From contig NC_135664.1 in NCBI RefSeq assembly GCF_964188315.1, forward strand, positions 57,908,001 to 57,972,000: a stretch of 64,000 nt of DNA, read 5' to 3'. Each line of letters begins with the position of its first letter. Position 1 is the first letter of the stretch. Positions 1-47,316 of this stretch are shown here, in pieces. The notes below the pieces were generated by a model, which made no database searches, was not told the DNA's origin, and saw only the letters and a program-made list of their open reading frames with translations. Position numbers and translations under genes: made by a program. The stretch is from Podarcis muralis. Lineage: Eukaryota.

Positions 1-180
1 TTTCACTAATGCCTGTATTTTGGGGTGCACTTTCCCCTAAAATATGCATTTTTCGTTTGGAGAGTAGCGTCGCAAAATTCAGAGAAATGCAATTTTCAAA
101 GAATGGCTGCATTTTGGTGGACGTGGCGGTTCAGGAAGTGGAGGTTATGCAAAGCAGACAAATAGTTCCTCCATTCCTGC
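1..180. repeat. Copy of a dispersed AT-rich squamate repeat family; related copies near 9770-10130, 33165-33560, 50020-50440 and 60270-60690
   Basis: Shared block gcaaa(a/g)ttcagag..a.tg..aa(t)tttcaaag.at.g.tg at about 72-110, 33441-33482 and 50335-50372; the other two copies are in reverse orientation. Confidence 0.55.
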
Positions 181-2411
181 CTGGACGTCATTTGTACAGC
201 CTTTACCTCAGCGCAAGGCATTTGGCAAGCACCCTCTCTTCTGTATTTCAAGGAACATTGAATTATATCTCTACAGGACATGATCACGCAATGCTGATGT
301 AAAAAGCTCTGTGATGGTATAAATAAACGGCAGAAGCAAAGAGGAAAGGGGAGAATAACATTAGACAATATCAGATATTTTTATTCAGAGGCTTTTATAC
401 ATAGAAACTCCTGCGTGTCGGCACCCTTGGAGTTATATTATTATACATTCCGCATGGATGATAGTGAACTAAGGTTTCCTCATTCTGAGCACAAACATCA
501 AAGGAGATTCACAGCTATCCCAGGTAATAGAAATGTGCTTTTATGGGCTACTTTTCTCAACTTTGGCCGCGGAGCAGTGGGGGCAATAGGGGCTTTTGAG
601 TTCAGAAAAAAAGGTGCATAATGTGAGGTGACAGAGGTTTGTAAACATTATGCATTGTGTGAAGAAAGTGGATAGGAGTTTCTCTCCCTCTCTCATTAAT
701 GCTAGAACCTGGAATCTCCCGATGGAGCTGAAGGGCAGGAGATTCATGACAGACAGAAGTTTTCAAATGTCAGAAGTTGGCTGAACCTGTGAGTTCAGAG
801 AGGCTTGTTTGGAGAAAGCTGGTGGTCATTTCCCCATCACTTAAGTCCAGAGTTTGTGGAGCAGAAGTGTGTGTGTGTGAACCGCATTCTATGCCTCACT
901 TTGTGATTCTTGAGAGATGTGACTGTTCCATGCTTCCATTTATTTTCCTCCACTTCTTCAGTTTCCCCTTCAGCCTCCAACTCTGCACAGGAGAGTCCGG
1001 AACGATGCTCAGATTACAGAAGACAAGAGTTGAGTCTCATCTTCATCTTTTCTGTACCAGAGTAGATAATGGCTTCGCCAGCAACACATAAAGCCTCTCC
1101 CACCATGCTGGGAACAATATTCTGTTTTATTGTAGACATCTCCCCATGCTCTAGGCAGCTTGCAGTAATTTAAAATGCAAAACCAACCACAAAAGCTAAA
1201 GCAGTTTAAACAACTCAGTGAAAACACTGGAGAAAAGAAAACCAATCAATAAAACCAATCCTTTGAAAGTTGGTTTTCAATATCAACATGTCCCTGTTGC
1301 CTAAATGCTTTGCAAACTAAGCAGACTCTCTTTGACCTTCTTGCCTAAAGTGCATGAGAGATGGACACTGGCAAACTGCTTTGGGGCTACTGCTGGAAAG
1401 GCCCTGCTCCTCATGTCAGATGTTCCAACTTTACATCATGGGGGGAAATACGTTTTTAAAACAAAGGTATTTGAGGATCAGCTTAATTGGCAGTAAGGGG
1501 ATACAAGAAAGGATGTTCTTTGAGGAACAGATTGTGAATAATGGCACATAAGGACAGAGCAGAGAAGCTTTGCAATTATTGCTTTTTATGAATAATTTAA
1601 CATTCTAAACTTTTGAACAATAATGCATGGATTAATCCAACCTTGAAAATATGCCTGCAAAATGGAGCCAGTGCAGCATTCTACTTCAGAGTGTTGGACT
1701 TTGATGGATGAGGGTTTCAACCCTCACTCATCCATGAAGCTAGCACTGGGTGGCCTTGGGCCAATCACTACCTTTCAGCTTTGGCCATGGTGGGTAACCT
1801 CGGGCCCAGGACCCCTGTGTGCCCCCCAGCCCTCACTCTCTGGCTTTGAACACTCTCACCAGGCCCCATCCCTCACCAGACCTGTTCCATGTTCTCCCCG
1901 AGTGCCTACAGGAGGCATTTTGGCCCCTGGGGCAAATTTCAAAATGGCACCCCTCCCTTTTGCCTCTGGGTCAACCCACAACTGACAAGTGGCTCCTGGA
2001 AGGAAATGAGACATTTGGACTGAAAAAGTTTGCCCACCTCTGACCCAGCCTGCTCCACAGAGAAATTGTGAGAATAAAATGGGGAGGAGATGGAACATGT
2101 ATTCTGCCCTCAGCTCCTTGGAAGAAGGGTGGAATTCATATGTAGTAATATTTTTTGAAGGTTTAAAGCCTACAAAGCTTTTACTGGACTGCTTGCCCAC
2201 ACATACATACCTATGCTAGTCATTGGTGGCACACTGAGAGGTTGGGAGAAGGAGGAGAAGCTCCTTTCTAATACAGTAAGCCCTCAACTTACCTGGGGGT
2301 TACATTCCAGGGATTGTGTCTAAAGACAAGGTTGCGTCTACTCAAGACACATTGGGTGAAATGGTGGGTGGAATTACCAGAGTCTTTTTCCCCAGAAGCC
2401 CACACCCTTTC

Positions 2412-2638
2412 NNNNNNNNNNNNNNNNNNNNNNNNNNNNNNNNNNNNNNNNNNNNNNNNNNNNNNNNNNNNNNNNNNNNNNNNNNNNNNNNNNNNNNNNN
2501 NNNNNNNNNNNNNNNNNNNNNNNNNNNNNNNNNNNNNNNNNNNNNNNNNNNNNNNNNNNNNNNNNNNNNNNNNNNNNNNNNNNNNNNNNNNNNNNNNNNN
2601 NNNNNNNNNNNNNNNNNNNNNNNNNNNNNNNNNNNNNN
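2412..2638. other. Assembly gap (227 N)
   Basis: Run of N. Confidence 1.
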
Positions 2639-2800
2639 TGAATGCGCACAAGTTAAGTGTGTGCAAATTGCAGACTTACTGTATACGAAGGCTCTTCTGC
2701 TGGGCTGCAATTTGTACCACAATAAGAGAGCAGGCAAGTGGCTGGTTACAAGCCTGGAATCATCATGGGTTTAGTGGGTGCAGGCAGCCCAGGTATAAAG

Positions 2801-2932
2801 CAGGAATGGATACCCTGAAGGCCTCCAGATGTGGTTAGACTCTATTCCCATCAAACCGAGCAAGAATGGCCAGTGGTCAGGGATGAGGAGAACTGTAGTC
2901 TGACAACATTTGGAGGTCCACAGATTAACCTG
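2801..2932. mobile_element. hAT-type MITE (palindromic core family)
   Basis: CAGG...CCTG ends; 8-bp TSD gtataaag/ctataaag; degenerate gggatga..ggag..ctgtagtc core. Confidence 0.7.
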
Positions 2933-4412
2933 CTATAAAGGTTTATATCTCCTACAGCACTTCAGCTCAAAGCAATAGTTTAGGGGTCACCAACATGGCA
3001 CCAAGTATGCCCACCAGTTCTCAGTGAAATCTCCTCAAAAATCCATAACACAGAGACTGTTTGCTGTTCCTTTTAGTTTCCGTTTGCACTGGCTCAGCCT
3101 CTTCTATCTTGAACATGCCCACATTTCACTGGATGTGAAAACTGGACACCTTCCCCTCCCATTCTGAACAGAGAAGAGGTTCTAAGAACTTTCTGTGAAA
3201 GAGTGTGGTGGTGACTGATGAAGATTGCTTTCTCCGCATTGATGGGGTGGAGGCGTGCCCACACAATTTTGTATTTTTGGCTCTTTTCCTGCTCTTCAGG
3301 ATGTAGTAGCCACTTTGTGTTATGCCACCCTTCCACAGCAGACGTTTTCTTGCCTGGAACCCATGACACTTTCTCAAAATCCAAAATGTGCCCACTAGCT
3401 CAAAGAGGTTGGTGACCCTTAACCTCTCTATGCTGGCAAATAATATCCTCTGCACCATCGTGCATTCCATTCAGCTGCGCGGCAGGAGCAGTTCATACCA
3501 ATTTAGCACCACCTGCCAAAGTTAAAGGTGCTTCATGCTAAACAGCTGGAGCTTAATCCGTAGTCACAAATCGGCAGTTTTTATATGGTGGCAATAACAA
3601 TCCACACTCATGGTTCCTTAAGTGCCTAAGAACCTTGGCACTGCACGAAGCAAAGTGAAAGTTAACAGACCCGGTGCTTGCAGGCATTCTGCAGGCTGAA
3701 TTCATACACAGAAGGCCACAGGGAAGGAATAGAAAAGTTAGAAGGGAAAACTTAAGTGGGAAAAGCCCTGGAAGAGAAAGACGGCAAGTTGTTTAATTTT
3801 AAAAATACACACAGAGGGAGTCTGTATCACATGTTGGGTTGAGCATTCCACACATAAGGAGCACCCAAGGAAAATGGATAGAGATGGGAAGCAGTGGTTG
3901 GGGCCATGAGGTGAAACATCAAACAAATCTTGAAGCATGGAGAGACTGAGTCAGAACGTGAAGCGCAGAAAGGAAGATCATATTGTTGACCAGTGGAGAA
4001 TAATTGGGGGAGCATTTAAGGAAGAAAGCTTTTAAGAACATCACAAACAGGGTCCCTTGAGAGCCAACATTAAAGCTGTGGAGAAGAGAAAGGCGATTCC
4101 TCTCAGGAGGTCACATAAGGAAGGGAATCTCCAAGGGGCAAAGTGATGCCTGCACATTGTCCTTGAGGATGTGGGATATGAAATCACTCAAAGGATGCAG
4201 AAAACAGCTTTTCCAATACGGCTCTTTCTTTCTTTCTTTCTTTCCTGATTGAAACCAATGGCAGAGATGTGAATGGTGCCTTGGGTTCCACGATGGGAAA
4301 AAAAGTGGGGTAAAAATATATAAAAGTGCTAAAAAGAGTACGAGCAGCATCAAAGTAGGTCAAAGGGCAGAGAGTGAGCAGCTGCAGGCCACAGTAAGGT
4401 TTTCTTCTCCAC

Positions 4413-40093
<35,681 letters not shown>

Positions 40094-40186
40094 TTCTGCT
40101 TACATTTACGTCATGGAGGAAGGGGAGGGGAGACCCTCAGAAGATCAAGACGGTTGGATCACAGTGGGCAAATTCCTCAGTGGTAC
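40094..40186 (-). other. SLC6A1: 5' UTR part of the first coding exon (93 nt)
   Basis: Strong acceptor ttctcttacacttttcag|GTACC at 40187-40189; no in-frame coding extension because of stops just upstream of the ATG. Confidence 0.65.
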
Positions 40187-40309
40187 CTGAAAAGTGTAAG
40201 AGAAGTTATCTTTGGCAGCCAGTCAGCAAGAGGGTTAGACTTCTTGAGGCACGTTGTACGTAAAAGACAAAGTGTTTTAAACAATTGCCGGGCTTTGAAT
40301 TGCATGCAA

Positions 40310-40310
<1 letters not shown>

Positions 40311-40342
<32 letters not shown>
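40311..40342. repeat. (TG)16 microsatellite
   Basis: Direct reading. Confidence 0.98.
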
Positions 40343-40345
<3 letters not shown>

Positions 40346-40387
40346 ACCAGCTACTGGGAATTGCAGAAGGGGGAGAATGCTCTTGTG

Positions 40388-40738
40388 CACGGGCGTAGTT
40401 AGTTGCTCCGGCACCCGAAGTGGTGGGGGCAGGGCGAGCTGCGCACAAGGGCGCCATGGTGATCCGTGCTCTGCCCAGGGTGGGGGGCGCAGTGGCAATC
40501 TGCACAGGGAGGCACTGTGGCGAGCTGCCCATGGAGTCCGCCTGGTGGATGCAAGCCCCACACTGCCATTTCAGGCAGCGCGGGGCCCTGAGCCACTGCG
40601 TCACTCCCAGGAGAGATGCGTGGCTCAGGTGTGCTCCAGGCCAGGCCACCACCCCCCCACGGTGTGCCATTTTGTCACTCCCTCAGAGATGACACCTGAG
40701 GCAGACCGCATCTCCTGCACCCCCTTCCTATGCCCCTG
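40388..40738. mobile_element. GC-rich hAT-like non-autonomous element
   Basis: Ends cacgggcgtag / ctatgcccctg; perfect 8-bp TSD CTCTTGTG. Confidence 0.88.
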
Positions 40739-42651
40739 CTCTTGTGCTTGGGTCCCGCTTGCTGGTTTCCCACTTAAGCCAATATTGGGGGGGGGGGTGT
40801 TGCAGAATGTCAAAGCAATTCCGCAATGGATTGCACATAAGGAAAGCTCCCCCCAAGGTGACCCTGTTGCTGTGGTTTAGGGAATAATATGACTGTCAAA
40901 GGGGTAAGATTATTTCTAACACACACATACCTTCCACTAAAGGTAGCCTAGGGCCATTGGGTGAACACATTGCTACATTTAAGGAAACTCTTGTTTTTTA
41001 CTATTATTATTTTCACTTACAGAATTTTGCTATGGCATACTAGAGAAGCACCATATTAGTTGAAAGAACCCAACATGCTTAAGAACACCAAAGGAAATCA
41101 CAGTCAAAGAATCTCCTCCCAAAAAAATACCCTGCGTCACATATGATTTATAGCAGGCGCTCTAGGCCTATAGCCCTGAAACCATTTACCAAGCCAGTAA
41201 ATTTCATTTAAATCCATGCCAAAGGTAATGACTCAGTAAATCTTCCAATATGTTTCTCCCCTGGCTGCCTGACTGGGTTGGAATAAGATTGCCATTTATT
41301 GGGGTTAGATGAAGACAACCTGATGAATGGTCAAACGCTGTTCTGCCAGCCCGGCTGAGCAAGAAGAGCTAGCAATAGCCCATCATGTCTCAGAAATACC
41401 TTCCTCTCTACCTCTAGTGACAAATACTTTCTCAAAACCTTTCTCTTATTAACTGAGAGCAGCTCACCTATCCAAACTGGGTCAAGAGTAGGGATGTAAG
41501 AAGGCATCGTTTTCTGTTCTGCCCTCTAGTCATTCCATGCAGCTCTGTTTCCATTCTGCTGCAGTTGGTCTTCCACCCAAAACAACGCTATCCATCACAC
41601 TGCCTTCCTTATGGTGAAATTCCATAACGTATGCAATTAACTGTGCAAGTTACATTGACGTTATGTTATCCCACCCCCTTAATTTCATTTTTCAATAGGT
41701 TTGTATTGTTTTATCAGTTGTTGTTTGCTATGTAATCCAATTTTTCCCATTTGTGGACTGAAAGCAGCAACAATGGCAAATAGCAATTGTGTTTGCTGGA
41801 TTGATTCCTGTTCCGGGTGTGAGACAAGTAAGCAAACATCCCACTGGAGCTGACACAGTTGCTGCTATCACAGGGGGCATCTAGTGGTGCTGCTACAGCC
41901 ACCAGCCTCCCCCACATGAGAACTCATGGGCTCATCTTGCTAAAACCATCCCATTACAGTCCTACTGTTACCAGGTAAGCCTACTTGTATGTGGGGGGTG
42001 GGGACATGGTTGGTGACTGCATCAGTATCACTGCTAGGCTCCCTCCAAGTTGTGGTAGATGCTAAGGGGGTGTCCACTTGGATCTTGGGGGGGGGTCACT
42101 TAGGGCAGCTTGCCCAGGTTCTCTTAAAAAATATGGTGCTGGTCCAGATTTTGCTCCTCACTGTTATTCAGAAGAGTGTGCTCACTTTTCTATCTCAGTG
42201 TGAACAGCAGAGGAATTAATGAGTGCTTATTAAATTGAAGCATTCATGAGAATTCCTCTTCTTTACTATGAACTGAATAATTTAACTCACATTTTAGCTT
42301 TTATGCAACATAACGTTTTGCCTCTTCCAACAATGATCTTTAATGGCTTATCTGTTTCAGAAAAGCTGCTGTTCATTGCATGAAAGTCTTAATAGTATTT
42401 TTATTATTATTATTTCTTCTCTGCTTGTTTGCATTGGGCGAACATTATCCCAGCAAATATGACTGCCAATGCTTTTCATCTCAGCAGCATGATGTGCTTA
42501 ATTTGCTGGATATAAGGAGGGACTCCAATTTGGTCTTTGAAATCAAAAGCTAACAAACCTTACAGTAAGCTAAGCCTTGCATGGGAGGGCCTTCGCCACC
42601 AGTTTCTCAAGCCTACTCTGCAAGTGTCCTGATTTTCCAGGGACAGCCCTG

Positions 42652-43235
42652 GAATAATAATAATAATAATAAAAAAAATTTATTTATATCCCACCCTCCC
42701 CAGCTGAAGCCGGGCTCAGAGCGGCTAACAACAGTAAAATACTCCAGCAGTCTAAAATCAATTCATTATAAAATCAGTTCAAATCAAATTAATGGCAACC
42801 GTTGGGCTAGAGTTCTGTGAGGATTTCCAAAGGCTGTGCCTTGGCCAAAGGCCTGGTGGAACAGCTCCGTCTTGCAGGCCCTGTGGAAAGATGTCAAGTC
42901 CTGCAGGGCCCTAGTCTCTTGTGACAGAGTGTTCCACCAGATCAGAGCCACAGCCGAAAAAGCCCTGGCTCTGGTTGAAGCCAGCCTAACCTCCCTGTGG
43001 CCCGGGACCTCCAATATGTTTTTGTTTGAAGACCATAAGGTCCTCTGTGGGACATACCAGGAGAGGTATGGTATGAGGGTCCTAGGCCGTATAGAGCTAT
43101 AAAGGTTAAAACCAGCACCTTAAACCTGATCCTGTACTCCACCGGGAGCCAGTGCAGCTGGTATAGCACCGGGTGAATGTGATCTCGCAGCGAGGACCCC
43201 ATAAGAAGTCTCGCCGCAGCATTCTGCACAGCTGA
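42652..43235 (-). mobile_element. 5'-truncated L2 LINE (ORF2 C-terminus plus 3' UTR) nested in a hAT-like repeat
   Basis: Minus ORF shows VQNAAARLLMG..RDHIHPVLYQLHWLPVEYRIRFKVLVLT; (ATT)n tail at 42652-42670. Confidence 0.9.
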
Positions 43236-44069
43236 TGATTTGATCCTGGAATGTCCCTCTTTCCTCTGCCAGTGCCAGTGCCAAGCTCGGGGAGGAGAGT
43301 GAACTGGCACTTGCCCTGAGAGGTGCCTATGAGAGAGCATCCCATTGCCTCTCCATGGCTGCCACTGCTGGCTCATGGGGCTGCTGAAGAGCAGGTGAGA
43401 GGCTGCCATTGCCAAGACCCGACCCCCTGTGATGTGCTGGCTCTGAGGGGCAGGCAGAGGGCAGGGCCACCCTGGGTGGGGAGAAAGGGGGAGCAAAGTA
43501 GAGAGCAAGGAGTCTTGATTTTTATATTTTTAAAAAATAATGCTTTGTGTGTCTCTGTCTAATGTTGCCCCTTTCTAAAATTTAGCTATTGGCGTGTCTT
43601 TGTGTAAATCTACCAAAGTATATATATTTTTTAAAAGATGGGATCAGGGGGTTTTCTCAGGATGGTGGAGAGTGTGCTCCATTAGTGTTGTTGTGGCGAC
43701 ACTCGCCCTTCTTCTGATAGGAAATGCTCTGTGAAGGGGGGGGGGCCAAAATGGGAGGTCAAGGAGGGTCAGTGGGAGGAGGCATGAGAAATGTCCCTAT
43801 TTTCATCTGAGGAATGTTGGAAGGTATCCTCAAGCATTCTACCTGCTGAAGGCTGGCAAACAGCATTGCGAACATGGGAGGTCAGGCTGGATGTATGACT
43901 GAGAAGCTATTGTGTACAACAGAAACATATACACCAGGGATGGGGAACGAGGGAGCCAAATATTTGACCCTGGGAACCCATGCCAGGTCACGCTGCCTCA
44001 CTGGTCTAGCTCTGAACCTCCTTGAGTGTTTTTGCTAGGCTGGAATGGATGTTTGCTTTGGTGCAGGAT

Positions 44070-44733
44070 AGAGCAGGGCTTTCCCCCGAAGATTCCTGGG
44101 AACTGGAGTTCGTTCAGGGTGCTGAGAGTTGCTAGGAGAACCCAATTCCCCTTACAGAGCTACAGTTCTCAGAGTGATTTCACTATTGATTGCCCCTTCC
44201 CAGGAAAATTTGGGAAATGGAGGTCTGTGAGGGGAATAGCGTGTCCTAACAGCTCTCTGAAGTGCAAGCTGGATTTAGAAGAGGCAGAGGGTGGACTGCA
44301 AGAAGATCAAACCCATCCATTCTTAAGGAAATCAGCCCTGAGTGCTCACTGGAAGGACAGATCCTGAAGCTGAGGCTCCAATACTTTGGCCACCTCAGGA
44401 GAAGAGAAGACTCCCTGGAAAAGACCCTGATGTTGGGAGGGATTGAGGGCACAAGGAGAAGGGGACGACAGAGGACGAGATGGTTGGACAGTGTTCTCGA
44501 AGCTACCAGCATGAGTTTGACCAAACTGCGGGAGGCAGTGGGAGACAGAAGTGCCTGGCGTGCTCTGGTCCATGGGGTCACGAAGAGTCAGACACGACTA
44601 AACGACTAAACGACAACAACAACAACAGCTCTTCGAACCCTTAACAAACTACAGCTCCCAGGGTTCTTTGCCAAAACCCACAGCTGCTTAAAGTGGTATG
44701 ATACTGCTTTAAATTTTTAGTGTAGGTGGGGCC
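44070..44733. mobile_element. Palindromic MITE (PIF/Harbinger-like ggggcc end), left end truncated, split by a BovB insertion
   Basis: cctgggaactg.agtt.gtt.agggtgctgagagttg.taggaga is the reverse complement of cctaacagctct....cccttaacaaactacagctcccagg on the other side of the BovB. Confidence 0.65.
44257..44623 (+). mobile_element. Internally deleted RTE-BovB retrocopy
   Basis: EVQAGFRRGRG fused in frame to WTARRSN...TKSQTRLND*; (CAA)n tail; TSD aacagctct (44248-44256, 44624-44632). Confidence 0.9.
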
Positions 44734-47070
44734 TAAAATGCATCCAAGAGCCATTCAGAAGATTTTTTTTTAATGTCCTTTGAATAAAATAATGCTAATA
44801 ATATCAAAGGCTCCTGAAACAGAAGAGATCAAAACATGTCCCCCCCCCCCTCTCTCCAAAGAGAAAACATAATCACCATGTCTATGGGGGCTTTATTAGC
44901 TGGTCGCAATTCTACGCAAGTCATAATGGCCCCAGGCAAGTTGGCTGTCATTAAAATGGTGGGGACAGAAGCAGATGTCTAATTGAGTGAACAACAGCCC
45001 CAACTCTCAAATTAAATTAATTATAGAGCTACCTGTCTGGGTAAAAAAAGAGAGGGAGAGAAATCATCTTGGTAGCGTTTAGATATTTGCCAAAGGGACG
45101 GAAACATTTTCCCCTAGCAATCCTTTGTGGTAATTTTTCTCTTTGTTCTATGTAAAACCATTTCACATTTGTGACAATTTCGCCTTCCTGTGTAATTTGA
45201 ATGGTTGTTTTACGCTGATCACCTCCGCAAACTGAAAGCACCTTTCCAATAGTCATTTCTCATGGTGGCTGCGGTGGAAAGTTGCAGGGTATGAGGAAGG
45301 TGTTCAGGCCCGAACCCTGTCTCAGCTCCAAGCCAAATCAGATCCAGATAGCAATGGGACTGGCTCAGGATGCAGCGGATCCTAGTCCAGCTCAGCCCCA
45401 CCCCTGCCTTTGGGTCGCCCTGTTTTAGGGCTTTCTCCTGGTCTTCACTAGTGGGGCTGCACCACCTGTGAGAAGCTGGCTAAGCCAGCAGAGCTGAGTG
45501 GAGGGGAAGCTCCACTCCATCCAAGCCCCCCAACTAGCCCAGGGTAAGGGGGGGACTTGGGTAGCTCTGTTTATCTTGTACATGGGTGCTGACTGCTTTT
45601 ATAAACTGCTTTCCATCACAAAGCAACCTCCAAGAGGTTTATATATAGCAACCAAAACAATAAAAAAATACATAATCCTAAAATGCAATTTAAAACCACA
45701 ATAATAAAACAATTAGGATCAACAGCAATACCAAAAGAAACCAGAAATGACAACATGAAGTATCCATTTATGACATCTAAGCAAGGGCAACAGTGTTCTG
45801 GGCTATTGGGAATGTATCTATAGAAGTGAATATTGGAGAGGGACGACAACAGGGGACATCACTATAGAGAAAAGCCTTGCTCAATGCCATATTCACCAGG
45901 TTCCCCCACAGATAGAGTTTAGACAGCAGGTTAAAACTTTGTTCATCCAAGAGTTGCAAAGAGTTAGCTAATCTTCCTGTTTCCTTGTACAGTACTGGTT
46001 TTAAATGTTTCATTGGTATTGCTACTGCACTGTTACAGTATTGTTATGCTGGTTTTAAATACTTTTGCTTTCATTTTTTCAGGGTGCCCAAATGCCATCT
46101 GTTAATAAATATGTATAGATGCAGATTTAGAAATAATTGATATATTTCAGTAGTGGGGAAGACACCAGGTGACTTGCATGCCTTCTCAGTCTGCTGACCA
46201 GGATCTGCTAACAGTTGCTGGGCAATTCCAAGGTTCCTGCTCCCTCCATCCAATTTTTATGGTTCCTTGTTTTTAAGCCAGATCTGGATAGGACAGCACT
46301 CAAACAGAGGAGACCTTCAAACAGAGGACAGTCTTCTGGCAGCCCTTCAAAATAGAAAGCTGCCCTCTGCAAAGTAGGTCACATAGCTATCTGAGTTGCC
46401 AATCCATCAATCAACCAATATAAATAATTTAAATTAAGTAAGCAAATAAGTAACAAAACATGTATCTCCTATATCAGTCTCTGTAAATAGGCTGCTAATG
46501 TGCTAAAATCTGCAGCAATGATGTCATGAAAAGGGGGAGGATGTTAGTATTTTCATTCTCCATTGCTGGTTGGATCTTGTGATCCACTGTTTACATTCCT
46601 TTGTGATAGGAGTGTGGGAACGGAACTAGACACTGTACTTGCGTCCTATGTGCTTTTGTATTTCTTTTTTTCCTTTGTTGCTTTTGGACAGAGCAGATGT
46701 GTGAAGCTGCTGCTCACACTAGCCATGTTTGTTGTTTTGATCTGTAAATAAAGGAAGCTTTTGAGATGCCAACGCCTCCACTTCTAGCTGTTACTCTGCT
46801 GGTGCATTAGCGTGTCCACAGCTCCACCGGAGGTGGGTCGCTGGACACCTGAGTGCGCTCCCAGACCAGGCCGTGGCCGGGGGGCTGGCACGTTCACAGT
46901 AGGGGCTGTAACTCTCCAATGGTCTGACTTCATATTCAAAGGTGCACTCCTCCTGAGACAGATGGATGTCAACCATACTGTGTTCACTTAAGGCAGGGAT
47001 GGGGAAGCTGTGGATCTTCAGGTGTCGTGGGGCCAAGCCCCATTTGCTGTAGCCAGCATGTTCAGTGGTA

Positions 47071-47133
47071 GTTCAACATCATCTTGTACTTCAACATCAT
47101 CTTGTAGTTCAACTTGTAGTTCAACATCATCTA
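47071..47133. repeat. Short 18-bp minisatellite (gttcaacatcatcttgta), ~3.5 imperfect units
   Basis: Direct reading; the third unit has an internal deletion. Confidence 0.85.
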
Positions 47134-47225
47134 GTTTCATGTTGTAGAGCATGTGATACGTTTCAGCAGCTTGTTGGAGCAAGGCAATGTTTTGTCAGGC
47201 TCTTCACAGATATTTGTAACCAAAC

Positions 47226-47316
47226 CATAGCTGTCAACATTTCCCTTTTTTTAAAGGGAAATTTCCTTATTCTGAATAGGATTCCTCACAAGAAAAGGGA
47301 AAAGTTGACAGCTATG
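47226..47316. mobile_element. 91-bp hAT-like MITE
   Basis: TIRs catagctgtcaa / ttgacagctatg; 8-bp TSD aaccaaac/aaccagac. Confidence 0.9.

Noticed and set aside
961-1091. Plus-strand acceptor and short frames near the window start
   Set aside because: No recognisable peptide or matching donor; cannot support a neighbouring gene.
2289-2838. Long ORFs spanning N-runs (also 26028-26368 and 59689-60075)
   Set aside because: Artefacts of gaps translated as X.
3792-3797. ATTAAA as the transporter's poly(A) signal
   Set aside because: Plausible (U-rich sequence follows) but it is a variant hexamer with no independent evidence; the 3' UTR end cannot be fixed from sequence alone.
40206-40880. Cluster of 94-167 aa ORFs just upstream of the start codon
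   Set aside because: They arise from the GC-rich hAT element and the TG repeat; in-frame stops precede the real ATG, so there is no N-terminal extension.
42648-43252. Apparent 8-bp TSD CCTGGAAT around the L2
   Set aside because: Both copies match internal repeats of the host hAT-like element as I recall it, and extra host bases lie between the L2 and the right copy, so it is not a reliable TSD.
47071-47133. Repeat array checked as CRISPR-like
   Set aside because: Units are directly adjacent with no unique spacers, in eukaryotic DNA; it is a minisatellite.
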